The notes: generated by a model not told the origin, from the letters alone. Counted from the first letter of the stretch, positions 1 through 9,727 are shown. The stretch: 64,000 nucleotides of DNA from an uncultured Candidatus Binatia bacterium (GCA_965200965.1 OZ241744.1:2272001-2336000), one strand, 5' to 3'. Made by a program: numbers and translations.

Positions 1-998
1 CTGCTGAACTTGACGAGTTGTTGCAGTCCGTTTCGACGAACGGCTATCTCGACATTGAACCGCTGATCGTCATGGCCGCCTCAAACGGCACCGGCGGTGT
101 GATCGTGCTTGAAGGCAACCGAAGACTTGCTACCCTCCGACTGCTACGCGAAGAGGGCTTGGCCGGTCAAATCAGAGCGTCGGAAAAACTGCCTATTGCG
201 GTCCCGCAGGTCAATGATGCTCTGAGGGCATCCTTTGACGAAGTTTCTGTGTATCGCGTGGAAACCCGCGAAGCGGCGCGTTCGTTCATCGGCTTCAAGC
301 ATATCAACGGCGCGGCGAAATGGGATTCGTATGCCAAGGCAAGGTTTGCCGCTGACTGGTACAGGAACGCCAATATCTCTCTAGGAGAAATCGCAAAAGC
401 GATTGGCGACCGGCACGACACCATAAAACGCATGGTATCGGCGATCTATGTTCTCGAACAAGCCAAAGACAAGGATCAGTTTGATCTCGAAGACCGGAGT
501 ACAAAAAAACTCAACTTCTCCCATCTCTATACCGCCCTTTCCCGCTCGCAGTACATGGAGTACCTGGGCATTGACACAGCCTGGGCGCGTTACGATCCAA
601 AACCTGCCCCGGTGCCGCAGGAACGGCTTGGGCACCTGAGAAAGGTGCTCGTGTGGATGTATGGCTCCAAGGAGGAAAGCGCAAAACCGGTCGTGCGAGC
701 GCAAAACCCCGACATCAAGCATCTTGGCGAAGTCATCGTTCATGCGGAAGCGCTTCATGTCCTCGAAACGACAGGCGATCTTGCTCGGGCCCATGAAAGT
801 ACGGAGCCCGTCGACCGGCGCTTCAGCGCGTCATTGATCCGGGCGCGGGATGAAATCCGGGCTGCTTCCGCTTCCTTGAGGGCCTATGACGGTCGTGACA
901 AGTCGCTGCTCGATATCGCAGAAGACATCAAGGAGACCACGGAAACTGTTCATTCGAGAATGGCCAAAAAATTCCGTGAAGCCGCTGCCGAAGAATGA
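1..998 (+). CDS. ParB/Srx-like N-terminal domain protein (5' truncated by window edge)
   Basis: Frame is open from position 3. Has a VIVLEGNRRLATL ParB-type motif, then a KHINGAAKW segment and an HTH-like LGEIAKAIG. Stop overlaps the next start (ATGA). Confidence 0.7.
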   Translation, partial: AELDELLQSVSTNGYLDIEPLIVMAASNGTGGVIVLEGNRRLATLRLLREEGLAGQIRASEKLPIAVPQVNDALRASFDEVSVYRVETREAARSFIGFKHINGAAKWDSYAKARFAADWYRNANISLGEIAKAIGDRHDTIKRMVSAIYVLEQAKDKDQFDLEDRSTKKLNFSHLYTALSRSQYMEYLGIDTAWARYDPKPAPVPQERLGHLRKVLVWMYGSKEESAKPVVRAQNPDIKHLGEVIVHAEALHVLETTGDLARAHESTEPVDRRFSASLIRARDEIRAASASLRAYDGRDKSLLDIAEDIKETTETVHSRMAKKFREAAAEE

Positions 999-1996
999 CC
1001 CTTGCCCTCTATCTTCCTCCCGACTCGGTAACAGGCTCTCCGCCTGACTTCAATCTGGCGGCCGATTTCCTGGAATTGTCAGCGTTCTTTGCAGAAACAA
1101 GCTCTGCTCCGGTATTGGAAATCAAGAACACAATCGACATTGGCGCGCCAGAAGAGCCCGTTGATGTCGATGACGAAATGCGCGCAGGTAGCGAGGAAGC
1201 CGTATCAGGAACAGTCAATCTGATTGAGACACGCGGGAGTGCGCTGGGACCTGCCTATCCTTACAAGCTGGACTCTTCCGGCGATATGCTGGAGTGTATG
1301 TGGCAGGGAGATTCGTTAGGGCAAGCAGCATATGTCCTGTGTCTCATATTATCGAATCTCCGCTCAATATCCCCGCTCCTGGGCAGCTCTCCTGTCCATC
1401 CAGACGATACGGACATCCGCAAATTACGAGAGTATTTTCAGGCCTTCGCAACCGCGGCTCTGGCGGCTGAAATAGGGGGAAGTTCCTGGTCTTTCGGATT
1501 TCCGAGACCGGATCACTCATCTTTTCTTGTCAAGCTGAAAGAAATCTGGCGGGTAATTCGAGATGGGCAGGTCGAGGCACAGATCGGTGCGCCAACCCAG
1601 CCGAAGGACGACCAAGTTGATGTGTTTGCCGCTCGCCCTCACCCTGATCAACTGCCAGGTTTCCTGTTGGCCGCCGCGCAGGTTGCAACGGGACAAAATT
1701 GGAAGGCGAAGTCTCTGCGAGGCCACCTCAGCGCGTTCAAAAGTCGCTGGTTCAGCCAGCAACCGGTGACGGACTTCATCCCATATATGATTATTCCGTT
1801 CGCCCAAGGGGATGAAGAATTCCTTGACGATGTGCGGACGATGGGAAATGTGCTGCACAGGCTGCGTGTTCCCCGCAGGGTGGAGGAAACCAGACATCCC
1901 TCGATGGCAGGTACCACAATTGAATCCTATGAGCGCCTGAAGGGGGCCGTGCGGTGGGTGACGGCCTATAGAAGTCGCGTGGGAGCAGCGACATGA
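995..1996 (+). CDS. hypothetical protein, possible PD-(D/E)XK-like restriction endonuclease fold
   Basis: 333 aa; KDDQVDV...AQVATGQNWKAK resembles a D...QxxxG variant of the restriction-nuclease active site; coupled to the ParB-like gene. Confidence 0.5.
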   Translation: MTLALYLPPDSVTGSPPDFNLAADFLELSAFFAETSSAPVLEIKNTIDIGAPEEPVDVDDEMRAGSEEAVSGTVNLIETRGSALGPAYPYKLDSSGDMLECMWQGDSLGQAAYVLCLILSNLRSISPLLGSSPVHPDDTDIRKLREYFQAFATAALAAEIGGSSWSFGFPRPDHSSFLVKLKEIWRVIRDGQVEAQIGAPTQPKDDQVDVFAARPHPDQLPGFLLAAAQVATGQNWKAKSLRGHLSAFKSRWFSQQPVTDFIPYMIIPFAQGDEEFLDDVRTMGNVLHRLRVPRRVEETRHPSMAGTTIESYERLKGAVRWVTAYRSRVGAAT

Positions 1997-2081
1997 GACC
2001 TCGATTTCATGCTGTCCCGCCCGTAGCCATGCCAGCGGCCGGTGTGCTACATGGACTGCCATACCAGGGAGGGACTTCGCT

Positions 2082-2606
2082 ATGACACAACCGTTGCACA
2101 CCGTTCGGCAACTGGCCTATGTGGTGACAGACATGGACGCGGCGCTCAAGTATTGGGTAGATGTGCTGAAGGTCGGGCCGTTTTTTGTGTATGAGCACTG
2201 CCCGCTGGAGAATCAGCGCTATCTGGGGCAGCCGTCCAATGTGGACGTGACCCTGGCCCTTGGCAACAGCGGGGATGTGCAGATTGAGCTGATTGTTCAA
2301 CACGACCAGACCCCCTCGGTGTATACAGAGTTTCTGGATGCCGGACGGGTTGGGGTGCATCACTTCGGTCTGATGCCCGAAGACTACCGGGCGGCCTGTG
2401 AGCAGTACCGGGCGCGGGGCCATGAGGCGGCGTTTGAGTGTACGGTCAGCGGGGCTGAGCTGGTGTATTTTGATACGGTCAAAACCATCGGGCACTACAC
2501 CGAACTGTGGGACAACAGCGAGGTGTTCAAGAAACTCTTTCTGATCGTCGAGCATGCGGCCAAAGGCTGGGACGGCACCAGGCCGGTTCGGCCCGGCCCC
2601 CTGTAA
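2082..2606 (+). CDS. VOC/glyoxalase family protein
   Basis: QLAYVVTD, QIELI, GVHHFG and YTELW motifs; RBS GGAGG upstream. Confidence 0.85.
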   Translation: MTQPLHTVRQLAYVVTDMDAALKYWVDVLKVGPFFVYEHCPLENQRYLGQPSNVDVTLALGNSGDVQIELIVQHDQTPSVYTEFLDAGRVGVHHFGLMPEDYRAACEQYRARGHEAAFECTVSGAELVYFDTVKTIGHYTELWDNSEVFKKLFLIVEHAAKGWDGTRPVRPGPL

Positions 2607-2664
2607 AAAGCCGGCCGCAGCAGAGATACCCACCGGAACACCCCGGCACAGGAGGGAGAGGGCT

Positions 2665-3531
2665 ATGAAGTGGAAGATCGGTGATGTCACCATCACCAAA
2701 GTCACCGAGATCGAGTACCCGGAGTTTTCAGACGTGATTCCGGCCGCAACCCCGCAGGTGGTCAAGACCGTCCCCTGGCTGTTCCCCCATTTTGTGACGC
2801 CGGAAGGGATGCTGAGCCTGAGCATTCATTCCTTGATTGTGGAGACGCCTGGGGCCAGGCTGGTGGTTGATACCTGTATCGGCAACGACCGCAACCGCGC
2901 CCCTCTGGACGTGATGAGCAACCTGAATACCGCGTATCTGGAAGACATGACGGCCGCCGGCTATCCGCCGGAGAGCATTGATTATGTCTTGTGTACCCAC
3001 CTTCACCTCGATCATGTGGGCTGGAACACCCGGCTGGCCAACGGCAAATGGGTGCCGACCTTTCCCAAGGCGTCCTATCTGATGGACAAGAAAGAACTCG
3101 ATCTGTTCGGCACGATCGACGAGAGGGCCGAGGATGACTTCCTGCAGGTCCAACGCCGGGTGTGGGCCGACTCGGTGCAGCCGGTCATGGACGCCGGTCT
3201 GGTCAAAGCGGTGGAGGGACCAAGCCCGGTGTGCGAGGGCGTGCGGCTGATCGCCACGCCCGGCCATACCCCCGGTCATTGTTCGGCGATTGTTGAGTCC
3301 AAGGGGGAGTCGGCCATGATTACCGGTGACTTTATTCACCATCCGATTCAGTTCCACGACCCGGGCCTGGTCAGCCCCTTTGACGTGGACAACGACGCCG
3401 CGGTGGCCACCCGCCGGCGGGTGTTCGCCGAGTACGCCGGGACGCCGACCCTGGTCATCGGCACCCATTTTGCCGGTCCGACCGCGGGTAAGCTGGTGCG
3501 GGATGGGGACGGCTATCGCCTGGATGTGTAA
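2665..3531 (+). CDS. MBL-fold metallo-hydrolase
   Basis: THLHLDHVG motif, TPGHTPGH, GD..HH; start moved to the ATG after AGGAGGGAG. Confidence 0.9.
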   Translation: MKWKIGDVTITKVTEIEYPEFSDVIPAATPQVVKTVPWLFPHFVTPEGMLSLSIHSLIVETPGARLVVDTCIGNDRNRAPLDVMSNLNTAYLEDMTAAGYPPESIDYVLCTHLHLDHVGWNTRLANGKWVPTFPKASYLMDKKELDLFGTIDERAEDDFLQVQRRVWADSVQPVMDAGLVKAVEGPSPVCEGVRLIATPGHTPGHCSAIVESKGESAMITGDFIHHPIQFHDPGLVSPFDVDNDAAVATRRRVFAEYAGTPTLVIGTHFAGPTAGKLVRDGDGYRLDV

Positions 3532-3543
3532 ACGGAGAAACGC

Positions 3544-4407
3544 CTAGTCAAAAGATGCGGCGCACTGGGCGATGACCCGAGCGTCTGTGGCGAGCTGGTC
3601 GGCCCACTCGCGGGTCTCGAACCAGTACCGGCGACGCTCGTCAAGCCAGCCGTTCGCCTGGTGAACCGCAATCCAGCTATTGAAAAAATTCAAACCGTCC
3701 ATGTCACCTTTGCGCAGGGCAATTGCTTCCGGTCTGCGGTAAAACACCTGCTCAAACGGGCGGTGCAGGACAGTTGGATATTCCTCAAGCCACCGGGTCG
3801 GGGTCGGCGCGTAGACCGCGGCGATGTGCGCATCGCCGCTGAGTGTCGCCCGCAATATGGCGTCTTCGGCATCAAAGAGCAGCAGCTTGGCGCGGGGAAA
3901 CCTGTTCTCGACAAAAGTCCGGGCCGCTGAGCCCCCACGAACCGCAACGCTGACGCTCGGGGTGTTCACGTCTTCCAGCCTGCTCAGGCCTTGGGTCTTT
4001 GACCTGTTGGCTACAATCCACAGGCCAGACTCCGCGGTCGGTGCGGTGAAATTGACCCGCAGGGTGCGTGTGGCCGTGATCGTCATGCCGCTGATGATGA
4101 CATCGAACTCCTCGTCAATCAGGTCGGGGATAATACGCGGCCAGCAGGTCGGCACAAGCTCAAGCTTGACCTCCATATCCCTGGCGATTTTTTCGGCGAC
4201 TTCGACCTCAAAGCCGATCAGGTCCCCGGCGGTGTTACACATCACCCACGGCTCGAACAGGCCAATGCCGACTTGCATGCTCCCACGGGCCTGGATATCT
4301 TCAATGATGTTCCCGAACCAGAAGGCAGACCCTGCCCCCGCACTCCCGCTGCCCGCGCCAATCAGGGCAAGGACGATAAGACCGACCAGCACGTTTTTCT
4401 GCTTCAT
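3544..4407 (-). CDS. amino-acid ABC transporter substrate-binding protein (SBP family 3)
   Basis: Signal peptide MKQKNVLVGLIVLAL; GFEVEVA and FDVIISGMTIT..R motifs. Confidence 0.85.
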   Translation of the reverse strand: MKQKNVLVGLIVLALIGAGSGSAGAGSAFWFGNIIEDIQARGSMQVGIGLFEPWVMCNTAGDLIGFEVEVAEKIARDMEVKLELVPTCWPRIIPDLIDEEFDVIISGMTITATRTLRVNFTAPTAESGLWIVANRSKTQGLSRLEDVNTPSVSVAVRGGSAARTFVENRFPRAKLLLFDAEDAILRATLSGDAHIAAVYAPTPTRWLEEYPTVLHRPFEQVFYRRPEAIALRKGDMDGLNFFNSWIAVHQANGWLDERRRYWFETREWADQLATDARVIAQCAASFD

Positions 4408-4421
4408 GGGTACCCGTCCGC

Positions 4422-5258
4422 TCATCCACACGAGGTGGCGACCTGGTCAACCCACTCGCTGGTCCTGAACCAGTAGTCGGAGCGTTGCTGAAGCCAGCCG
4501 TTGGCCTTGTTGACCGCAATCCAGCTATTGAAGAAGTTGAGCGCATCCAGGTCGCCTTTGCGCACGGCAAACCCGCCCGGTATCGTGTGATACTGCCGGT
4601 CAAGGCCGGGCAGGCGTTGCAGGACATCTGGATGTTCTTCGATCCAGAGCGTCGGAGTTGGCTCGTACAGACCAGCCACATGCGCCGTGCCGCCCAGCAG
4701 GGCCGGGAGGATATCGGCCTCTGAGGCGAGGAGCAGTGGAGTGGCCTCAGGCAGGTCTGTGTTGAGAAAATCCTCGCCGGTTGTTCCTGCAACAACGGCG
4801 AAGGTGACGCTCGCCCTGTTCAGATCTTCCAGCCTGGTCACGCCTTGGGTCTTTGCCGTATTGGCCACAAGTACCAGCCCGAAGGTGTCGGCGGGGGAGG
4901 TGAAATTGACCCGCAGACTGCGCTGGGTCGTGATGCCCAGACTGCTGATGATGACATCGAATTCCTCGTCAATCAGGGCCGGGATCAGGTCTTTGAACCC
5001 GGTCATACTGAACTCAAGCTCAACCCCCATTTCCTCGGCGATTTTTGTGGCAATATCGATGTCAAAGCCGATCAGCCCGCCGTCAGTGCCGCACATCACC
5101 GAACCCCCGAAGGGCGTGACACCGACTTTCATGGTCTCACGGAGTTGAATCTTTTCAATGACGCTATCGAACCAGACAAACTGCGCCCTCGCCCCCCCGC
5201 TGATGCTGCCAATGAGGGCTGCCGCGGCCAGACCGGCCAGGAGATGTTTCAGCTTCAT
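4422..5258 (-). CDS. amino-acid ABC transporter substrate-binding protein (SBP family 3), paralog of 3544-4407
   Basis: Signal peptide ending ARA-Q; GFDIDIA and FDVIISSLGIT..R; shares LNFFNSWIAV with its neighbour. Confidence 0.85.
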   Translation of the reverse strand: MKLKHLLAGLAAAALIGSISGGARAQFVWFDSVIEKIQLRETMKVGVTPFGGSVMCGTDGGLIGFDIDIATKIAEEMGVELEFSMTGFKDLIPALIDEEFDVIISSLGITTQRSLRVNFTSPADTFGLVLVANTAKTQGVTRLEDLNRASVTFAVVAGTTGEDFLNTDLPEATPLLLASEADILPALLGGTAHVAGLYEPTPTLWIEEHPDVLQRLPGLDRQYHTIPGGFAVRKGDLDALNFFNSWIAVNKANGWLQQRSDYWFRTSEWVDQVATSCG

Positions 5259-5448
5259 GGCGACAATCCTCTCCACTACGGTTTTCAGGTGCTATACCCA
5301 TTATCCGGGAGGGAAGGCAAGCCCAAGTCCATGCCCCGCCCTGTGCCGCTCGTGGCCACAGTCCTCTCGGAGTCTGCCCCACGACTTCTCCGCCACAACA
5401 GCCCCCGGTCTTGCAAAATTGCGCAGAATCAGGAAATAGTGGGAACCC

Positions 5449-5763
5449 GTGAAACACAGGACATCCATACGGAAGCCGATTCGCTCCAGAGTGCTTGCTA
5501 TTGGCCGCCCCCTGCGTGTTGAGCTCCAGCTCGACGGCGAGTGGCGCGAGCGGCTCCGCAAGCTGCTTCAGGACATGGGCGAAGGAGACGCGACCTATCC
5601 GCTCCATCGCTATCTCGAAGAACTGCTTGAGGCCGATATCGTTCACAGGGAAAACCGTGGCCGCGGCAAGGCCCGATATGTGGAACGCGAGACGGTGATG
5701 CGCTGGTTTGAGCAGGGGCGGAAAGCCGAGAGCGCGGCCCAGACGGCCGCCGCAAAGCGCTAG
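5449..5763 (+). CDS. small hypothetical protein, possible ribbon-helix-helix DNA-binding protein
   Basis: 104 aa ORF divergent from the SBP genes; LRVELQL strand followed by two amphipathic helices. Confidence 0.5.
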   Translation: MKHRTSIRKPIRSRVLAIGRPLRVELQLDGEWRERLRKLLQDMGEGDATYPLHRYLEELLEADIVHRENRGRGKARYVERETVMRWFEQGRKAESAAQTAAAKR

Positions 5764-5850
5764 CCAGCCGCTCCAGCCCCAGGCGGGAGAGAGGCCCGCC
5801 TGTGCCACCCGTTCTGATTTTCCCCTGCCCGCTCGCATGGGACCTCGCCT

Positions 5851-6687
5851 ATGAACCTGGCCAAGCTGTGCATCATCCTCGTTCGTCCGAAGTATTCGGG
5901 CAATATCGGTGCGGTGGCCCGCGCCATGGACAACTTTGGGGTTCAGGATTTACGTCTGGTTGGGCCGGTCACATTTTGCCGGCAGGAGGCAGACATCATG
6001 GCGGTCCACGCCCGGGGGGTGCTGGACCGGCTGCGTAGCTATCCGTCCCTGCGCGAAGCCAGCGCCGATTGTCAGCGGGTTATCGGCACGACCTGCCGCT
6101 CGGGCCTGTACCGTGAGGGGAGCCGCTCGCCACGCAGTTTGGCGGCCGAGCTTGCGACCACGCTGGACCTGAACCGCAGCGCTCTGGTATTTGGCCCTGA
6201 AGATACGGGTCTGACCAACACCGACCTCCGCTCCTGTCACGGCCTGGTGAGCATCCCGACCGCGGCCCACTTTCGCTCACTCAATGTCGCCCAGGCCGTA
6301 CTCGTCTGTTGCTATGAACTCTTTCTGGCCGGGCAGGACAGCGCAGCGGACACCGCAGCAGGGCGTGAGCTTGCGCTTGCAGAACGCCAGGAGTTCATGT
6401 ACGACAAGTTGCAGCAGGCGCTCCTCACGGTGGGGTTTCTGCACCATGATAACCCAGACCACATCATGCTGGCGCTTCGACGCATTCTCGGCCGGGCGGG
6501 TCTGGAAGACCGCGATGTCCGCATTTTCCTGGGTCTGGCGCACCAGATCAACTGGTATGCCACACGGAGGCCACCGCCCTCGCAGCTGACACAACACGAC
6601 GAGCAGTCGGAGCACCAAGACCAGGGGGACCGCCGACGGTCAGCCCGTACACAGGACAAGGCAGCATGGCGGAAATCATCTCTATAG
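5851..6687 (+). CDS. trmJ: tRNA/rRNA methyltransferase, TrmJ/LasT (SPOUT) family
   Basis: LVRPKYSGNIGAVARAMDNFG, ALVFGPEDTGL and SLNVAQAV motifs. Confidence 0.9.
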   Translation: MNLAKLCIILVRPKYSGNIGAVARAMDNFGVQDLRLVGPVTFCRQEADIMAVHARGVLDRLRSYPSLREASADCQRVIGTTCRSGLYREGSRSPRSLAAELATTLDLNRSALVFGPEDTGLTNTDLRSCHGLVSIPTAAHFRSLNVAQAVLVCCYELFLAGQDSAADTAAGRELALAERQEFMYDKLQQALLTVGFLHHDNPDHIMLALRRILGRAGLEDRDVRIFLGLAHQINWYATRRPPPSQLTQHDEQSEHQDQGDRRRSARTQDKAAWRKSSL

Positions 6688-6878
6688 GCAGCCTTCGCCA
6701 AGCCCGGCACCGACACCAGGAACAGGCGGTGCTCAGCAGTTGTCTCGCACTTATTGAACAGAGTTTGCACAATCAACTTGACGAATTTGCGTCCGCCCCT
6801 GAAGAGGAATGGCCAGTGCGGGCGAGTAAAATTCGGAAGTTGGGGGAATTGTTGGAATACACGACCGGCCTGCTCTAG
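6666..6878 (+). CDS. small hypothetical protein
   Basis: 70 aa helical ORF (MAEIISIGSLRQAR...) overlapping the trmJ 3' end. Confidence 0.55.
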   Translation: MAEIISIGSLRQARHRHQEQAVLSSCLALIEQSLHNQLDEFASAPEEEWPVRASKIRKLGELLEYTTGLL

Positions 6879-6965
6879 GCGGCGAGTTGATGGGCCCCGG
6901 CCATGCAGACGGTCCGTTACCCTGAAGCGTCTCTCCCAGGCGTTTCAGGCCGAGAAAGGAGTGTC

Positions 6966-7658
6966 ATGGCAAAAGCTGCCGATTCGACACCACAGCGTGG
7001 AAAATCCACGAGCAAAACCACGACCAGCTCGACAGAAACAGTGGCCGCCACAAAGCCGCGCAGTCGGACGACAAAACGGTCTTCCGACATGAAGCCAAGC
7101 CCAGCGGTGGCGCTTGCTCTCGAACAGCCGCTCGCTCAACTCATGAGCCGGGTAGACGCGCTTGAAGAAAAAATCGCCGCCAGTGTGTCCGCCCTCAACA
7201 CCCAACTGCAAACGATGCAGGCCGAATGGCAGTCAATGAAGGACCTGCTGGAGGCCAGGCAGCACACCCAGCCCGAAGCTCAAGAGCGCCAAGCCAATCA
7301 GACGGCCCACAACGGCAGCAGCCCCGAGGCACCGCCAGAAACCTTCCTGCCGGTTGTCGCTGATCTCATTCAACGCAACCTGACAGAACACCTGTCGCCG
7401 ATGACCACCACCCTGCGCCGCCTTGAGGAGCGGATCGGTTTTGTCAGTAATCGCCTCAACCCCGCCCCTGGCGGGCAAGACCGGCAAAAACAGCGGAGAC
7501 GGGATCAGCGCGACCACTTCCGCTCCCGCGGGCAGGGCGCGGCTCGTCAGGGACAGGGGGGCCAAGCCTGGACTCCCCCCTCTGCGGCGTCTGTCCAGGG
7601 ACATTTTGCCCCACGCCGTTATTCCAGCGACCTCAAGATAGGGGATGAAGAGGAATAA
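6966..7658 (+). CDS. hypothetical coiled-coil protein with low-complexity ends
   Basis: AAGGAG before ATG 6966; S/T/K-rich N-terminus, heptad segments, R/Q/G-rich C-terminus. Confidence 0.65.
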   Translation: MAKAADSTPQRGKSTSKTTTSSTETVAATKPRSRTTKRSSDMKPSPAVALALEQPLAQLMSRVDALEEKIAASVSALNTQLQTMQAEWQSMKDLLEARQHTQPEAQERQANQTAHNGSSPEAPPETFLPVVADLIQRNLTEHLSPMTTTLRRLEERIGFVSNRLNPAPGGQDRQKQRRRDQRDHFRSRGQGAARQGQGGQAWTPPSAASVQGHFAPRRYSSDLKIGDEEE

Positions 7659-7709
7659 AGGACACGCGCAGGCGGCTCCCCTGTATTCGGCGGAGCAGGG
7701 TCCGCACGG

Positions 7710-8180
7710 CTAATCAAGGGCGTGGGGGTCGGCTCGCAGCGCAATATCACGCAGCGCAGCGCCAATCCGGCTCTTGTCCCGTTCCAAGGACCGAAAGACT
7801 TGGGCTGCATCGGGGACCTCAGGGTCCCAGTAGGCCAGTTGCTCGCCATAGCGTTTCATAAGCGCCTGATTATCGGCAAGATCGTGGACAACCCGAGCCC
7901 AGTGGTTCTGGCCGCCTTTGGCCGGCTGTGGTTCTGCGGTGGCCGCCCCACCCCGGGCACGCAGGGCATCCCGGAGGAGTTGAACGACCCGGTCCTGTTG
8001 TTCGGCAACCGCTCGGAGTTGTTCGGCTCCGGCATGGTGGGGGGCCTGCTCGGCATGATCGCGCAACTGCTGGGCGAGTCCCTGCTCTTCGGTACATCTG
8101 AGCGCCAACTCCGACACAAGCTCCTGCGTGTCGTTGCTCGACACCGGGTCTGATCCGATCAGACGTTCCCAAAAACCCAT
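7710..8180 (-). CDS. hypothetical protein, possible ferritin-like four-helix bundle
   Basis: GGAG before ATG (MGFWERLIG...); helical, ending [11 protein letters not shown]. Confidence 0.6.
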   Translation of the reverse strand: MGFWERLIGSDPVSSNDTQELVSELALRCTEEQGLAQQLRDHAEQAPHHAGAEQLRAVAEQQDRVVQLLRDALRARGGAATAEPQPAKGGQNHWARVVHDLADNQALMKRYGEQLAYWDPEVPDAAQVFRSLERDKSRIGAALRDIALRADPHALD

Positions 8181-8364
8181 GACTTGCTCCAGATTTTCCG
8201 AGTTCGGTGTGGGGCTTCTTCTGGGGACCGAAGTAACGTGTCGTTGGCGGCTTGTCAAGGTCGGCCCGGGGGGCGCTTCGGTCCCGGACGGGCGACAGCG
8301 GTTTCCTTCCCAGCCTCTTTTCGCTATGTATACAATACCTGTCCGCCAAGTGAGGAGGAGAGTC

Positions 8365-8568
8365 ATGGCCCGGATCACCGTTGAAGACTGCCTGTACAAG
8401 ATCCCCAACCGTTTTGAATTGGTCGTCGTCGCCGCACAACGGGCCAAAGAACTCCTCAAGGGGACGCCTCCCCTGGCTGAGTCCGACGACAACAAAGAGG
8501 TCGTTACTGCGCTGCGCGAGATTGCGGCCGGACATGTCCGGAAAAAAACATCCCACGAACCCGAATAG
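8365..8568 (+). CDS. rpoZ: RNA polymerase omega subunit
   Basis: [28 protein letters not shown]...ALREIAAG; RBS GAGGAGG. Confidence 0.97.
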   Translation: MARITVEDCLYKIPNRFELVVVAAQRAKELLKGTPPLAESDDNKEVVTALREIAAGHVRKKTSHEPE

Positions 8569-8605
8569 TCCTTCCCCCCAACAGGCCGGAACAGGCTGGA
8601 GAGCC

Positions 8606-9643
8606 ATGCCCCACGAGCTTGAAAATACCGCGGCTGAAGTTGACCCGGTTGTCCCTTCAGAGTCCAGAGACCAGGCGCTGTTCGGTGCCCCCCAGGGCTC
8701 CGAGACCACGCTTCTGGACCCCCCGGCCTCGCTCAAGGTCGAGACGCCGGGCGAGCCGGATGCTGATACAGCGCTGGTCCCAACCGATTCGCTGAGCCGC
8801 TATATGCTGGAGATCCGGCGCTATCCGCTGCTCAGTCAGCAAGAAGAACACGCGCTCGCCGTCCGCTACAAGGAGTACGGCGATGTCCAGGCGGCCTACC
8901 GACTCGTCACCGCCAACCTGCGGCTCGTCGTGATGATCGCCCGCACCTATCAGCGGGCATTTCGCAACCTGCTCGACTTGATCCAGGAGGGCAATGTCGG
9001 CCTGATGGAGGCGGTGCGCAATTTTGATCCCTACCGTGGCGTGCGCTTCCCCTCCTATGCCGTGTGGTGGATCCGGGCGTATATCATCCGCTATGTCATG
9101 AACAACTGGCGGATGGTCAAACTCGGCACTACCCAAGCCCAACGCAAACTCTTCTTCAACCTCGAACGGGAAAGAAAGCGGCTTGAGGCCGAGGGCTTCT
9201 CGCCCGGCCCCAAACTGCTGGCCCGGAACCTCGGTGTCAAGGAAGAAGAAGTAGTGGAGATGCAGCAACGGCTGTCTTCCCGGGACCTGTCTGTCGATAC
9301 CCCGCTTGATACCCGGGACGAGTCTTTGACCATGCTCGACTTTCTGGCCGACCCCCACGCCACCGTAGAGGAAGAGGTCTCGGCCATTGAGTACCGGGCC
9401 CTGATGAGAGAGAAAATGGACACCTTCGCCCAGACGCTCGAAGGTAAGGACGCCGTGATCTTTCACCGGCGCTTATTGGCCGAGGAGCCTCTCACCCTGC
9501 AAGAAATCGGCGACCAATACGGCATCAGCCGAGAACGCGTCCGACAGCTGGAGAGCCGTCTGAAAAAAAAGCTCAGAGCCTATCTCATCCGGGAGTTCAC
9601 AGACCTGAAAGAGCTGGATGTCGCCTTTGGCGATCACCGCTGA
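8606..9643 (+). CDS. rpoH: RNA polymerase sigma factor, RpoH/sigma-32 family
   Basis: Region 2 DLIQEGNVGLMEAV..FDP; RpoH box QRKLFFNL; region 4 TLQEIG..YGISRERVRQLE. Confidence 0.9.
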   Translation: MPHELENTAAEVDPVVPSESRDQALFGAPQGSETTLLDPPASLKVETPGEPDADTALVPTDSLSRYMLEIRRYPLLSQQEEHALAVRYKEYGDVQAAYRLVTANLRLVVMIARTYQRAFRNLLDLIQEGNVGLMEAVRNFDPYRGVRFPSYAVWWIRAYIIRYVMNNWRMVKLGTTQAQRKLFFNLERERKRLEAEGFSPGPKLLARNLGVKEEEVVEMQQRLSSRDLSVDTPLDTRDESLTMLDFLADPHATVEEEVSAIEYRALMREKMDTFAQTLEGKDAVIFHRRLLAEEPLTLQEIGDQYGISRERVRQLESRLKKKLRAYLIREFTDLKELDVAFGDHR

Positions 9644-9691
9644 GCCTGAGCCGGTCTCTTGACAAGCCCGCCCCGTGCGTCTGGCTCAACC

Positions 9692-9721
9692 TTGCCCTCG
9701 GCCCTGAAATAAGGCTATAGT
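9692..9721 (+). promoter_or_regulatory. putative sigma70 promoter (TTGCCC-N18-TATAGT)
   Basis: Near-consensus -35/-10 boxes ending 6 nt before GTG 9728. Confidence 0.5.
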
Positions 9722-9727
9722 GCCCGT

